From the NCBI GenBank assembly GCA_964106915.2, contig OZ066917.1: 64,000 bases of DNA, one strand, 5' to 3'. The position numbers were made by a program, and so were the translations under genes. The stretch's first letter is position 1; the number at the start of each line of letters is the position of its first letter. The DNA is from Podarcis gaigeae. Taxonomy: Eukaryota. The notes below the pieces were generated by a model. The model was not told the origin of the DNA, ran no database searches, and saw only the letters and a list, made by a program, of their open reading frames with translations. Positions 13,095-27,068 of the stretch are shown piece after piece.

Positions 13095-14352
13095 TAATGG
13101 TTCCTCCTCATCCTGGAAAAAAGTGTGACAAGTGGGGGGCTGCAGGATTCTGCCCTGAGCCCATTGTTGTTCAACGTCTTTATAGTCCATTTGGATGAAG
13201 GAATTGAGGGAATGCTCATCAAATCTGCAGGTGACACCAAACTAGTATGGGTAGCTGTTAGACAAGAGTTCAGATTCAAGATGACCTGAACAGATTGGAG
13301 AACTGGGCCAGAACTAACAACATGAATTTCAATAGGGACAACTGTAAGGTTCTACACTTAGGCATGAAGAACCAACAGCACATAAATAAGACAAGGGAAA
13401 CTTGGATTGCCAGTAAAAAGGTAAAGGTAAAGGACCCCTGACAGTTAAGTCCAGTCACGAACGACTCTGGGGTTGCGGGGCTCATTTTGCTTTACTGGCC
13501 AAGGGAGCCAATGTTTGCCCACAGACAGTTTTTCCGGGTCATGTGGCCAGTATGACTAAGCCGCTTCTGGCGCAACGGAACACCGAGACCAGAGAAGTGC
13601 ATGGAAACACCATTTACCTTCCCGCCTGAGCAGTACCTATTTATCTATTTGCACTTTAACATGCTTTCGAACTGCTAGGTTGGCAGGAGCAGGGACTGAA
13701 CAACAGGAGCTCACCCCATCACGGGGATTCAAACTGCCAACCTTCCAATTGGTAAGCCCTAGGCTCTGTGGTTTAGACCACAGCGCCACCCGTGTGGCGG
13801 TAGTACATGTGAAAAAGATCTAGGGGTCTTAGTAGACCACAAGCTGAACATGAGTGAACTGGGTGATGCAACAGCAAAATAAATCTAATGCTATTCTAGG
13901 CTGCTTCAAAAGAAGTAATTGTACCACTCTATTCTGTCTTGGCCAGACCACACCTGGAGTCCTGTGCCCAGTTCTGAGCACCACAATTTAAGAAGGATAT
14001 TGACAAGCTGGAACGTGTGCTGAGGAGGGTGACCAAGATGATCAAGGGTCTAGAAACCAAGCCTTATGAGGAACAGTTGAGGGAGTTGGGTATGTTTAGC
14101 CCAGAGAAGAGACATATCTTCAAATGTCTAAAGCGCTGTCACATGGAAGAGGAAGCAAGCTTGTTTCCTTCGCTCCAGCGGCCAGGACCCAAGCCAATGG
14201 ATTCAAGTTACAAGAAAGGAGATTCTGACTAAACATCAGGAAGAACTTTCTGATGGTAAGAGCTGTTCGGCAGTGAAACAGTTTCCCTCAGGAGGTGTTG
14301 GACTAGATGACTGTCAGGGATCCTTCAAACTCTACAATTCTATGATTCTATG
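13095..14352 (+). mobile_element. CR1 LINE 3' fragment (decayed RT C-terminus and 3' tail)
   Basis: Residual CR1 ORF2 peptide [26 protein letters not shown]. Ends in attctatgattctatga. Confidence 0.85.
13418..13795 (-). mobile_element. Sauria SINE nested in CR1 fragment
   Basis: (aaaggt)n tail on the left, ccacagcgccaccc head on the right. CR1 sequence continues on both sides. Confidence 0.9.
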
Positions 14353-15140
14353 AACAGCAGTTAAGAGATTTTTAGATTAGAGAATTTCCCCTGATGTTTA
14401 TTCTTTTTGTCCTTGCAGAAAATGTTTAAAATATACTCTGTGATAGGCTTTATTTCTAATCAACAGATACGAAACAGCCATTTGAACTATGCAGCGACAT
14501 AAAAACAATCTTACAGATTCTTGAAGACCATCGTTTATACAATGACTTCATTGTGGGCCAGTATTCAAATTAAACAAACTGAAGTTCTGCCAATGCACAC
14601 AAAATGAACCAACAAATTGGATGGCAGCATTCATTAGTTTTAAGCTTTCAACCTAGAGCATTATTTACTCCACGCTTATGGAAGATCGCTGGCAACACAG
14701 GAATTAGAGCAAAGGATAACTCCAAAGCATGCCGTTTTTATTGGTTTCCCGAATGCCGAAACACATTGCAGCAAAGTGCATGACTTTAAAGAGCTCCATC
14801 CCTATCTAATTACAATTAGGAAGTGATTTTGTTTCCAGAAAGCATTATATGCACAAGGCATGTACAAGATCGGGTTTGGTGGGGTTACAAGAGAGGAATG
14901 TAGAGCGCTGCCTTATAGAGACTCACACCGTTATTCCATCATTGCTGGCTGGTTGTGGGTATCCAGTGTTTCAGACAAGGGAGATTCCCAGTCCTGCCTG
15001 GAGATTCTGGGGATTTCAAAACATCTGCTCTACCACTGAGCTATAGCTCTGCCCTGTATATTTCTAGTATTCTCTGTGTGCAAATCTCTACCAGTTGAGA
15101 AGCACCTTTTGTGGCTAGGTCCCACTTTTGTCCTTCCACC

Positions 15141-15732
15141 ATCATAGAATCATAGAATTGCACAGCTGGAAGGGATCCTGTGGATCATCTACTCCAATGC
15201 CCTGCGATGCAGGAATATGTAGATGTTCCATATGGGGGTGGAACCTACAACTGTGGCATTATCGGCACCATGCTCTAGCCCACAGGTTTTCAACCTTTTG
15301 GAGTCCATGGCTCCCTTGACCAACTACATTCTTTCTGTGGCTCCCCTGTGGGGCTCAGGTGCCCAGTTATGTCACCCCTTGCCTGCCGAGCTGGCAGCCT
15401 CTCACCCTTTTTCAAACACTCTCCTTTGTGGAGTGTTCCCTCAGCCTCCTCTTCTCTCCTCTTTCCTTGGGAGTCCTACAGGCAGGTGCTGCAGGCGCCT
15501 CTGCTCCTTGCAACCAGCACCCCCTGGCCAGCTCCAGAAGACCATTTGCCTGGGGAGCTTGTAGGCAGGGCTCCTGCAACAATCAGCTGTGTAAGCCTCT
15601 GGGAGGCAGAGATGCAAGAGGGCATCAAAAGGAAAGAGGGACAGAGGCCAGTGTTGCCCACGGCACCCCTGACCATCATTCATTGTGCCATAGCACACTT
15701 GTCGAAAACTACTACTCTAGCCAACTGAGATA
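15141..15732 (-). mobile_element. Same tRNA/CR1-tail SINE, split by a hAT element
   Basis: Tail atcatagaatcatagaa at 15141. The tRNA head is interrupted at ctctagcc and resumes as aactgagata at 15723. Confidence 0.7.
15281..15714. mobile_element. Non-autonomous hAT element
   Basis: 8-bp TSD ctctagcc (15273-80 and 15715-22). Imperfect TIRs cacaggttttcaac / gtcgaaaactacta. Confidence 0.75.
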
Positions 15733-16402
15733 ACCAGGTGAAGACTTCCTGAATTTAGACAGGCCTTTTATATTGTGCCAAATGGATTTTTGTCTTTATT
15801 TATGGCTCATCATTGTGGCCTCTGCTGTTTCATCATTGATTGAGCTTTTATTGGTTTTATCTGCTCTTCTTTAAAATCTTACCGTTAAATTGTTTTAAAC
15901 TATTTTATTGTGTTTTTATGCTATTAATTTGCAGATTTATAAACTGTGTTGCAAGCAAAAGTTACCAAAGTGTGTTCATTTTTATCGTCACTGGGTGCTA
16001 TTGCGAAACTTTGTTCTTCTCAAAACCAGAATCACAATCCATGGTTCAAGTGACAAATATTCCTGATTTGTTTGTGATATAATTGGGACCATTATGCATG
16101 TGAGCATTCGATGTCATGGGACAGAGCACTGGATTTGAAGACCCTTAAAGCTTACCGTGATTTTAAGTCAATCACTCTCTTAGTCCAGCCAATTTTACAG
16201 AACAATTGCTAGAATGACTTGGGCATGATGATGGGGCTGGAATTGCCCAGAAAGTGATGGCTAAGAAAGGGACCATGCAACACCTGCTTACATCCCTCTG
16301 AGTTGAGTCCAATTGTTGAAAAGTATGGAGTCCAGTGAGTTCTTGTGTGGGACAAACAGAAACATGACTGTGTGCTATGTGGCCCCTTCTTGGGTGCTTT
16401 CA

Positions 16403-16699
16403 AACATATTTCAGTATACCTGAAGGAGCGTCTCCACCCTCATTGTTCAGCCCGGACACTGAGCTCCAAGGGCCTTCTGGCAGTTCCCTCACTGTAAGAA
16501 GTGAGGTTATAGGGAACCAGGCAGAGGGCCTCCTTGGTAGTGGTGCCTGCCCCGTGGAACGCTCTCCCATCAGATGTTAAGGAAATAAACAACGACCTGA
16601 CTTTAGAAGACATCTGAAGGCAGCCCTGTTTAGGGAAGTTTTTAATGTTTGATGTTTTATTGTGTATTTAATATTCTGTTGTCAGCCAGATAGGTGGGG

Positions 16700-16755
<56 letters not shown>

Positions 16756-16765
16756 TTATTATTAT
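16403..16765 (+). mobile_element. L2-type LINE 3' end with (AAT)n tail
   Basis: Similar in reverse to 45040-45290. Ends in an (aat)n microsatellite. Confidence 0.7.
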
Positions 16766-19593
16766 TACAATCTTTGAAACCTCAGGTGTTTTGCTGTAGT
16801 ACAACTCCCACCATCTCTTACCACTGACCATGATGGGAGCTGATCTACCTAACTCCTCCAGAAGAAAAAGGTAACAGTGAATGGACACTAAATCATACTA
16901 CCAGCATGAGGATTTAATGATCTGTTAAATAGATGCACTGTCCAGGATGGCAACAATACTGCAGTAGAAGCCAACTGCTATGAATAAGATAAAACTATCA
17001 TAAGGATTACAAATGCAGGCAACTTGCCATTCATAGACATGTCATTTCCTTTCCTTATAGATAAGGATACATTTACACACAAATGGCCAAAATAACCATC
17101 AGTTTGGCATTACAACACACTGTTCTTCCCAGGGGGAAAAAAAAACCAAACTAAAGGGAAAATGTCAAAATACAAAACAGAAATGTGTTGTGCTATAGAG
17201 CCTGCTAAGGTGCTGACACAGAGTTTTACTGGACAAAGAAGCAAGGAGGAATTTCTAACAGTGGGCTACCTAACCTGCAAAAGAGGGAAGAGGTGTATGA
17301 GAAGCTCCAATATGGCAGAAACCATATTTTCCAAGTCAAGTGCATTCAATGCAACTACGGTATGCCTTTTAAGCTGAGGGAGTCCTAGAGGAAAACACAC
17401 AATTGAAACTGCTGTAAGGAAAGCTGCTGTCAATAAGACATCAGCATAATGGCTGTTTCAATACAGGCAGAGTGGGAGAGGAATTGGCAATAACTGTGCA
17501 TTGATCTACAAAATTATTATTTCTTTCCAACATCGTAGGGTCTCTGGAAAGAGTAATCAACTAATGGCCTTTTAAAGATCCTTGGATAAAAAACCAAAAC
17601 CCTATGGAATCAAATCAAAATGTTTTCTTTTAAAAAACACACCGTATTTTCTTCTTTATAAATACGTATAATAACTATTTTATTTAAGCTAGCTTGCTTG
17701 GCAGCATCGGGAGCAATGGTTTGTAAAACCAATGAAGGCTTGGGTTCTGATGCAAGAACAAGACAGTCAGGGCACTTTTTAAAATTAGAATGCAAAAAGA
17801 TTAGCAACCCTACAGAAGTGTAAATAAAGAAAATAATTGAACATCACCACTGAAATACTCATTCCAATGTGATATAAATAAAAAACCCTTTTTATGTAGC
17901 TGCCTGTTTCTGTTCTTTCCTTAGCATGTGAAGAATAAGCAAAATGTGTCCAAAATGGTTTTATACCAATTAGATGGAGTTGGTGGCTGCAATTGTTTCT
18001 ATGATGAAACAGTACCATAGCCTTCCTCTACCTGGTGTCCTCCAGATATTGTTGGACTCCAACTCCTATTAATCCCAGACAGAATGAACAGTTGCTGAAG
18101 GATAATGGGAGTTGTAGTCCAGCAACAGCTGGAAGACTCCAGGTGTTGGACAGCTGCAGTACAGATTCTGGCAGAGGTTACTGAACACACCATCACTTCC
18201 AAAGTACGTCATTTAAGAGCAGTGTTTCTGAGTATAGTACTAGGAATTTCATATCATTTTGACAGTTCTATCAGGGGACAGATATCAGCGGAACAGGGCT
18301 TTTGAAAAGGCTTTTACATTAATATTTTTTACACTGAAAAGGCTCTGTTACATTAATAGTTTTTTTTGCAATATTATCCCACAATCAGATCCGTTCATCA
18401 TCAAATATACTTTCCCCAAAACCCCATTCCAATTTGTACTTGAAATGTAATTTCCTCTTATACATTGACAGAATCAAATAATATCATTTACTTACTAATC
18501 CTCTTGGCAAAGGGGGCAGTATGAGCTTTTCTGCAAAGGTTTCCCCATGTTTATTCTGGTCTTTTTGAGTCCTTGTAACATTTTTAATCTGAAGATAGTG
18601 AAACCAAATTGGCCCACTGCCTGCCATTTCTTGAAATGGAGAAGTATTGTCTTTCAAAAGATCTGTAATTTTAAATAGCTGAAACTGATACCAATCAGGA
18701 AATCCCCCAGCAGTAAATCAGTATGATGGAATACTGATGTTAGTCAACCTAACTCTTCTCTTATCAAACCATTGTGATCTGGCAAGTGGCATCTTCTTGC
18801 TCACGTTTTAATCTAAAATCAGCCAGTCAAATGTTGCTGTGAATCTTGAAGCAAAGGGCTCTTTTCTGGTGCTTTCTGCTAACAGGTTGGGGCTGTGAAA
18901 ATCCCAAGTATGAAGGTTAACTGAACTGTGTAATTAGGTGGAAATAGGCAAAGATCTGTAGACCTCAGAAGCCTTCCTTGTTCAGAAGGTGCCTGTAAGA
19001 GTGTACCTACCAATGGATGTCATAGCTGAGAAAAATGGGTTGAAACCCAACTAGTCTTGCTCAGAACAGAACCAGTGAAATTAATGAACATTACTAACTT
19101 AGGTTTGTTCACTTCAATGGGTCCACACTGCTTAGGGCTAGCATTAGATAAAACCCAGTGTTAGCCAAGTATCAGCTTAGCAACTTAGACCTCATCCATC
19201 CAGATGGGGACTGGTGGAAGCACCTTAACCATGTCAAAGGCCACAATTAATTCCACTTAACTTTGCCTGCCCCAGCCTACCACCCATCAGTTCCACTGAG
19301 TGAACTCAGTTCTAGTGTTTGAGAAAGATATTATCTCTGTCTACTTTCCCCACTGCAAGCCAATCCAATCCAAATAACTTTATTGTACTAGACATTGGCC
19401 ATGACAAATCTGAATCAAAAATAAATACAAGCAAAAGGGGTGTCACGCCACAAATAATGGTCTCTATTTAGATCTCTGCGTCTCCCTTACAGTTCACTGC
19501 TATATTGTCCAGGGTCTTCTTTCTGATCTTTTTGGCTGCCAAAGCAAAAAGGGTGACATAAAGCCACTGAAGAATTTAGAACCTTCTCTGTAA

Positions 19594-19931
19594 GGGACGT
19601 GGGTGGCGCTGTGGGTTAAACCACAGAGCCTAGGACTTGCCAATCAGAAGGTCAGCAGTTCGAATCCCCGTGATGGGGTGAGCTCCTGTTGCTCGGTCCC
19701 TGCTCCTGCCAACCTAGCAGTTCGTAAGCACGTCAAAGTGCAAGTAGATAAATAGGTACCGCTCCAGTGGGAAGGTAGACGGCATTTCTGTGTGCTGCTC
19801 TGGTTTGCCAGAAGCGGCTTAGTCATGCTGGCCACATGACCCGGAAGCTGTACGCCGGCTCCCTCGGACAATAAAGCGAGATGAGCTCCGCAACCCCAGA
19901 GTCGGCCACGACTAGACCTAATGGTCAGGGG
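19594..19931 (+). mobile_element. Sauria SINE
   Basis: Same head and core as 12365-12707. Tail truncated. Confidence 0.9.
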
Positions 19932-20003
19932 AGAGACATCTTTCCTGCATGGACGGTCAGGTGAAAAATCGCCTCCTGGGTCCGATGTATAGTGGGCAAT
20001 ATA

Positions 20004-20238
20004 CTGTGGTACCTCGGATTACATACGCTTCAGGTTACATACGCTTCAGGTTACAGACTCTGCTAAATAGTGCTTCAAGTTAAGAACTTTGCTTCAGGAT
20101 GAGAACAGAAATTGTGCTCCGGCGGCGCGGCAGCAGCAGGAGGCCCCATTAGCTAAAGTGGTGCTTCAGGTTAAGAACAGTTTCAGGTTAAGTACGGACC
20201 TCCGGAACGAATTAAGTACTTAACCTGAGGTACCACTG
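20004..20238. mobile_element. Tc1/mariner MITE
   Basis: Same family, TA flanks. Confidence 0.85.
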
Positions 20239-20596
20239 TACTAAATAGTGCAAGATGTCTTCCATCTACGGTTGCCCACATATACAAAGTCGTCTTCCGT
20301 CTAGGACGTCGGAGGGGACAGCTTGAAAACACAGCTCAGTAAAAGTGAATCTAAGTGAGGCTGGCCGGAGATTCAACAGGTAACTGGCTCTAAAATAGAC
20401 CACATTTAGAAGTGGGAACCAAGGAGAGCATTTAAAGAATTTGATTGTATACTGCAAGCTTGATTATATAAACTCACAGACCTCCCCAGGCCAATACATT
20501 CCCCCCCCCACAAACTAAAAATTTCAAAAAATTAAGTTTTTCCTTGGACAGTCAAGGAATTGTTCTAGATTAGAAAGCGTATTAGAGAATAAAGAG

Positions 20597-20795
20597 CCGG
20601 TGTGCTTTTGTGGTTAGAGTGTCAGAGTAGGACCTGGGAGACGAGGGTTCGAATCCCCATTCTGCCCTGAAGCTCACAGGGTGACTGTGGGCCACTCATT
20701 CATTGCCTCTCAGCCTAACCTACCTCACAGGGTTGTTGTGGGGATTAAAAATAAGCCACTTTGAGCTCCTTGGAGGACAGGTGGGATAGAAATGG
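20597..20795 (+). mobile_element. MIR-like tRNA SINE
   Basis: tggttagagtg A box, gggttcgaatcccc B box, ctcacagggttgttgtg core. A related inverted copy lies at ~48060-48265. Confidence 0.6.
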
Positions 20796-23700
20796 AAAAT
20801 AAAATAAAATAAAATAAAAATAATAATAATAATTATTATTATTATTATTAATAATAATAATAATAATAATAATAATGTTCCAGCTTGCCTCCATAAGGGC
20901 CAGAGAAGCATTGTCTGTCTTATGCTATGCCATTGGGAATTGTCTTCTCCAGTCCAGAGGAGACGGTAAGCACACATTCAATTTACTTCAATACATCACA
21001 GATGCCACTATGAAATCTGTAACATCTGTGGTCCGGTACATTCCAACTATTCCCTAATATTACCAAATAATAATAGTAATAATAATAATAGTGCAGGATC
21101 AGACATTGGCAGTTGCTTTTAGAAAGGATCAAGTCTACAGCAATAAGATTACAGGCAGACCAGCTGACTCTGCTGCACTGTCTCTCCTCCCCCCGCAAGG
21201 CTCCAATCTGTCTCCGTCGACAGCTCTGATACCAGACGAAGCCAGTAGCTGCATTTAATGGAGGATTAAACTCAGCACATCTTGGTGTGTTTTTACTCAC
21301 ATACTTTGCACACGGTCTATTAGAATAATGCATTACCCTATTCTACTAGGATAATGCATCGATATACTGAAATAAAAATGACTGAAACCCAGAAACTATT
21401 TGGCCAATAATCATATTTGCCTGAGCTTTAAACAATAATAAGATTAATAAAGTATCAGTACAGTTGTAAACTCAATTATGAACGAAGAAGCTGATTTCAA
21501 GTAACATGATTTTAGCGGAATGTAATCCATAAGTAAATGTGACGGGTGGGTGTCACTTCAACATGAGACAATTGTTTTAGAAAGTATCTTTCCATCCTTT
21601 CAAAGACGTAAAACACACATGCACACAATGAAAGAAATTGAGTATTCTGGTGAAGCTAGGTTTAACAAAGCAGAACTGGGGGGGGGGGAATATAATGCCT
21701 ACTATATTCTGTATTTCCCCGTAAAAGATTCTAAGTGTTAAACACACTATGTGATTGTTAACTACTACTTCTTTAAATACAAATACGCTACCGCCAGGAA
21801 TAGTACCTCCAGCTGTCTAGCAGTTGTCTGAGTAACTATTGGTGCATAGACAAAGGATAATGTAAGTTCCACCGATCAGGATAAAGCTGGTCTCAGGAAG
21901 TAAAAAAATAAAATAAAATAAAATTGTTTCCATGCTTCTTGGCAACCCAGCCGGCCGCCTTGTCCATCAGTTTAGCAAAGGGGCCCTTAAGGGGGTTATA
22001 ACTGAAGAACACAAGTTTGTGCAGTGAAATCCTATGTCCCCCTCCTCTCCCTCCCTTTTAGTCGTCCTTCATATTCTTTTTTTTTTTTTTTTTGCCATCA
22101 GATCACTCTTAACAGATAAGCTGTGCGAAGCTTCATTTTTTTTCTTTCTTTTTTCAATCTACAGATTAATTAAAAGCCCCCAGGTTAAATCAATGGCACC
22201 CGCCACTCAGCATGGGTGCATAGCCATTTACTCACACACTAAATGTGTGACATGGAAGAGGAGGAATCCGGCCACAGGGATTTTCACGTGCCTGGATACT
22301 GTCCTACTGTCCTCAATTCTTCGTTTTGCTTCATCCTAGGAGGCAAGTCTGAAGACGGAGCTACAATCTCATTTTGCCATTAGGAGGTCTTAAGCAAAAC
22401 GCTCTCTCCAGAGCCGGCCATAATATCAGGTGAAGCGAGATGTCTGCCTCCAGAAGCTGATTTTGGGTGTCACAAAAGGGCAGCCAAATGCTAATTATTT
22501 AATCTGTTTACTTGTGAATTATATTGTTAAGGCCATTGAAAGGGAGAAGCGCTTCTGGTTTAATATTTATATCCCACTCAACCAACAACAAATGTTGAGG
22601 TCAAAGCCACTTGCAATAATCACAGTAGCATTTAAAAAAGCAACACATGTTACAATCACTATAATATGAAACACAACAGCATATAAAGCAAACAACAACA
22701 ACAAATCCATCAAAACAATTAATGCAATTCAACGAAGAAGTAGAAACTCATGCAATTCAACAAAGATGTAGAAACTTGTAGTATAGCCAGAGTACTTCCT
22801 GCTGTGGGCTAGGAGGAGGTTCTGAGGGGGCAATTTTCAAGATAGCAAGTCTGAGAAGTGTTCTATATGAGGGATTTTTGACTTGAAAAGCCAACCCAGT
22901 CGACACTCCTACCCCTCTGCAATATTAATAGGAGAGTATTTCGTAAGGCTGTGTTGCATGACTCTGTAAGCTATACCTGCTTCTGCATACCTGCAAAAAT
23001 AATGGGCCATTTTTATTTTTTAAAAACTAGTCAGTAAATAATAAATCACAAGAAATAAAATCTGAAAGGAAAAACAGCAGGAACCCTCCTCTCTTTACTG
23101 CTGTTTTGTGTTTGGCTGTGGAAACGCCAGTGCCATGATAAAAGCCCAGATATCTCCACCGGAGAGTTTTCATAGAGTTCTCATAGAATCACAGAATCGT
23201 AGATTTGGAAGGGACCATGAGGGTCATCTAGTCCAATCCCCTGCAATGCAGGCATCTTTTTTGCCCAATGTGGGCAACCACAACCGTGAAGTTCAGAGTC
23301 TCACAGGCACAGAAAAACCAAGGATCATAGTCAACTGAGTTCTATTTGGAGGAGACACACTGAAAGGACCTACGTTAGTCAGGTACGTTAATCTAACCCC
23401 TTCCAATGCTGGTGTTGCACGAGAGAGAGAGAAATGGTGCTTTTCTAAGGTAACAAGGGCCTGCAGGCTATGTGATTCACCACCCCAATATACAGTATTG
23501 GGATTGTATCCAGTGTCAGTTATACTCAGCATAGTCCCATTGTAATTAATGGACAGAGGTCCACCAAGGAGGCCTGATAGAGAACCATCTTATCTGGGTC
23601 CCTCCTGTCCTATTGACTCAGAGGATTAGCCTCCCGCCCCTTTTTTCAGCCTCACAAATTGCAAAATAAGCCCAGGGTGTTTTAACCAGCCAGAGGTGGA

Positions 23701-25972
23701 ACAAACCAGGTCTGCTTCGGAGCTGTCCAAGGTCCTGGCCTTGCCTGCTCTCCAATTGGACTTCACTTGGCGTGGCCATTTCCTGCTTCCTCTGCAACCC
23801 TCAAGCTCTTGAATCATCTGGAAAGACCCACAGAGAAGCCTGGAATCATAGAATTGCAGAGTTGGAAGGGATCCCGAGGGTCATCTAGCCCAACCCTGTG
23901 AAATACAGGAATCTTCTGCCCAAAATGAGGAGGGGGGGGGGTTATTGAGTTGTTCTTGTTTTTATTTTGATTATGTATTTCATGTTTTTATATTATGATT
24001 TTGTTCTTTAACTGCCCTGAGACCTGTGTATATAGGGTGGTATACAAATTTAATAAACAACAACAACAACAACATGGGGCTCAAACCCACAACCCTGGGA
24101 TTAAGATTACATATTCAAGTAACACTATCATTGGACCAATGACATTAGAGCAATATTTTACTAAAATGTATTATTTTTGTGATCATTGCACTATCCAAGA
24201 ATCACACTCTATAACTATGGAGATTGAAAGGCTGCCCCTTTGAAGTTTGATAGACTGCAAGAACATCAGCTGAAATGCTATACTTGAAGGATCTTTCTAT
24301 AAAAACAAACAAATAAGGGAATTGGTCAGAGTTTCTGAAATCTCCCTGGGAAAAACAAAGGACGAGAGTTCCCACCAAGTAGCACAACTGTTTCAACCTA
24401 TACAATATAATTATGTCACAGCATTTTACAATGGCAACATGAGCCTTCCAGCTGTGGAGCTATCCAGCTGCAGCATGAAGAGCAAATTATTCTAAGTGAC
24501 ATTTTTATCACTAAGTGGACAGTTTCGCTGATGCTTTGTCCAAGTATTGCTAATGTGCTTTCACATGTCTGACTGATTTACTGGTCCCCAGCCACATTTC
24601 ATCATAAAGTCTCCCCAAGCGACAAGTATCAATTCAGTCTCCCTCCCCTTCATCCAGGTGTGCTCAGACATACAGTCAGTCTTTAAATAACAGACAGGCT
24701 GACAAGAATGAATGAGGTGTCACACAAAAAACCAAAACAGGATCTGGGGTGAATAAAAGAAATACAATGCCCACTGGAGCCTGTCACTGAAAAAAATGTA
24801 ACCACTACAAGCATGTCTTCTTTTACTTCAGAAAGGCCTCTCAAAGACAATGAACACATTTCATTTTTTCTTCAGACAGAAGCCATGACAGAGAGACATA
24901 CTTGACATGACAAATGTCTGCCCCATTTACATATAAAGGGATGACTTGGGAGGAGGCGTTTTGCCCTTTGCACAAAATGGAGCAAAGCTCACACACAGCT
25001 CGTTCACTTAGTATAGGGGGGAGCCAACAGCATGCCCCCCAGATGTTTCTCCAACTGCCATCAGCTTCAGTCAGCATAGGCAATGGTCAGGGATGTTGAG
25101 GGTTGTAGTCTGGCAATACCTTGAGGGCACCATTTTGGCTGCCCTGGAATAGTTAAAATGCTTGTGACCTTCCATGACATCACAGAAACCCAAGACACTC
25201 ATTGAATTACCAGCACCACACCCCTTAGCAAGCTCAGGACAATGCAGAAGACTCTCCAACAGAACTGAGTGCTTCAGAAAATAGTTTCTCTTCACACTAG
25301 TCTCTTAGTAGGGTACAGACATTGAAATGACTCCAGCCTAAAAACAGAATGCTAAGGAAACAAAATGATGGACTGCGAAAGGTCTTTGCTCTAATGTCCT
25401 CCCCCCTCTCCCCCAAGACCATGGACTGGTCCATTTCAGCTGCTCTGTAGCCTCCAGAAATTGCCTCCAATAGCAGAGGTGATGATGGCATGTCAAAGCA
25501 GAAGCCCAGTTTGAAAGTGCAATTATTTGCCTGGCAAAGTGAGGCTTCCCATCCTTAAGCTGTACTCTTTCAGAAGATGGCATAGTTGTCATATGCTCCG
25601 GTTCAAAGATCTCATAACATGCTAGGTAAGGGGAGCAGAGGCTGCTCAGTTTGGCGCCAGCAGCCACGGCTGAAGGACACCTTATCCTGTCTCCTTTGCT
25701 CCCCTGCTAACTGGAACACCTTGAGTCCGGAGCATGTAGAAACACACAGCCGTGGTGGTGGGAATGGAACCCCTTTTCCTAAATCACGGTCTGAAATGGC
25801 AGCCATTTCCCACACCCAGATGTAGTGTGTAGAACGAAGTGACAAGCCACTCTCGATGCTATGGCTAGGAGCTGTCCTTATGTAGAAACAGCAATTTGTA
25901 AACTAGCCCTTAAACTCATGTCAAGCTACAAACTGACTGGACTACAGAAGGAACAGGTGTTTTCTCCTCTTT

Positions 25973-25975
<3 letters not shown>

Positions 25976-26010
<35 letters not shown>
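25976..26010. repeat. (GT)n microsatellite
   Basis: Seen directly. Other dinucleotide tracts at 38705-38730, 50960-51001 and 56238-56306. Confidence 0.95.
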
Positions 26011-26015
<5 letters not shown>

Positions 26016-26729
26016 TCCCCTCCTACTTCCCCATCAATCTCAATATGGAGCAAAAGTCCTCAGATGCCTGTGGCAAGGCAGCTCTGAATCATCTGGAACA
26101 CATTTCCTAATAAACCTCAAACTACAACGTTTGACAGAATTAGATAAACATCATAATATCCATTACCGGCGCTATTTAATCCAATACAAAAACTCCGTTC
26201 AAATCTGAAGTTTAAGATTGGTTTCTAATTGTATTTGGCGACACGCTGCAGCATTCTAAAACAATTAGCTACATTCAGAAAGTACATTAAACTTGGCAAG
26301 GGACTGAAGGCAAAAGTTGAAGGGCAAAGTTATGGTAGCGAGGAACGAATGTAACAGCTCTCTTTGGAGAAGTAAACACACGAAAATAAATCTGATTTGG
26401 GGAAGATCAGGCAGCTTCCTGTCTCAAATGCACCTTGCTGTCTCTTCTGCAAGGAAAGAGCCATTTTCACTGGAGAGGAAAGCAGCAATCATAGTGACAT
26501 TTGTAACTGAATATATGCATGGACAGATGTTGGACTATATATGGCCCAAGGTCCAGTTTCCCACACAGCTATAACCTACACCGGGTGACCTTGGGTTCAG
26601 CTTGCTTGAGTTGACTATTGTGAAAATGAAATTGAGGGGTACAAACATGGTGTGTTTTTTCAAGTTCCTTAAAAGAAGGGTGAGATTAAAAAGCTAGCAA
26701 ATATGGGGCTTATTACTATAATAATAATA

Positions 26730-27068
26730 GCGGGTGGCACTGTGGTCTAAACCACAGAGCCTAGGTCTTGCCGACTGGAAGGTTGGCAGTTTGAATCCCC
26801 GCAACAGGGTGAGCTCCCGTTGCTCGGTCCCAGCTCCTGCCCACCAAGCAGTTTGAAAACACGTCAAAGTACAAGTAGATAAATAGGTACCGCTCCAGCA
26901 GGAAGGTAAACGGCGTTTCTGTGTGCTGCTCTGGTTTGCCAGAAGCGGCTTAGTCATGCTGGCCACATGACCCAGAAGTTGTCTGTGGACAAACGCTGGC
27001 TCCATCGGCCTATAGAGCGAGATGAGTGCTGCAACCCCAGAGTCAGGGGTGCCTTTATCTTTACTTTA
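26730..27068 (+). mobile_element. Sauria SINE
   Basis: Same head and core, with an internal deletion near the 3' end. Confidence 0.88.
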
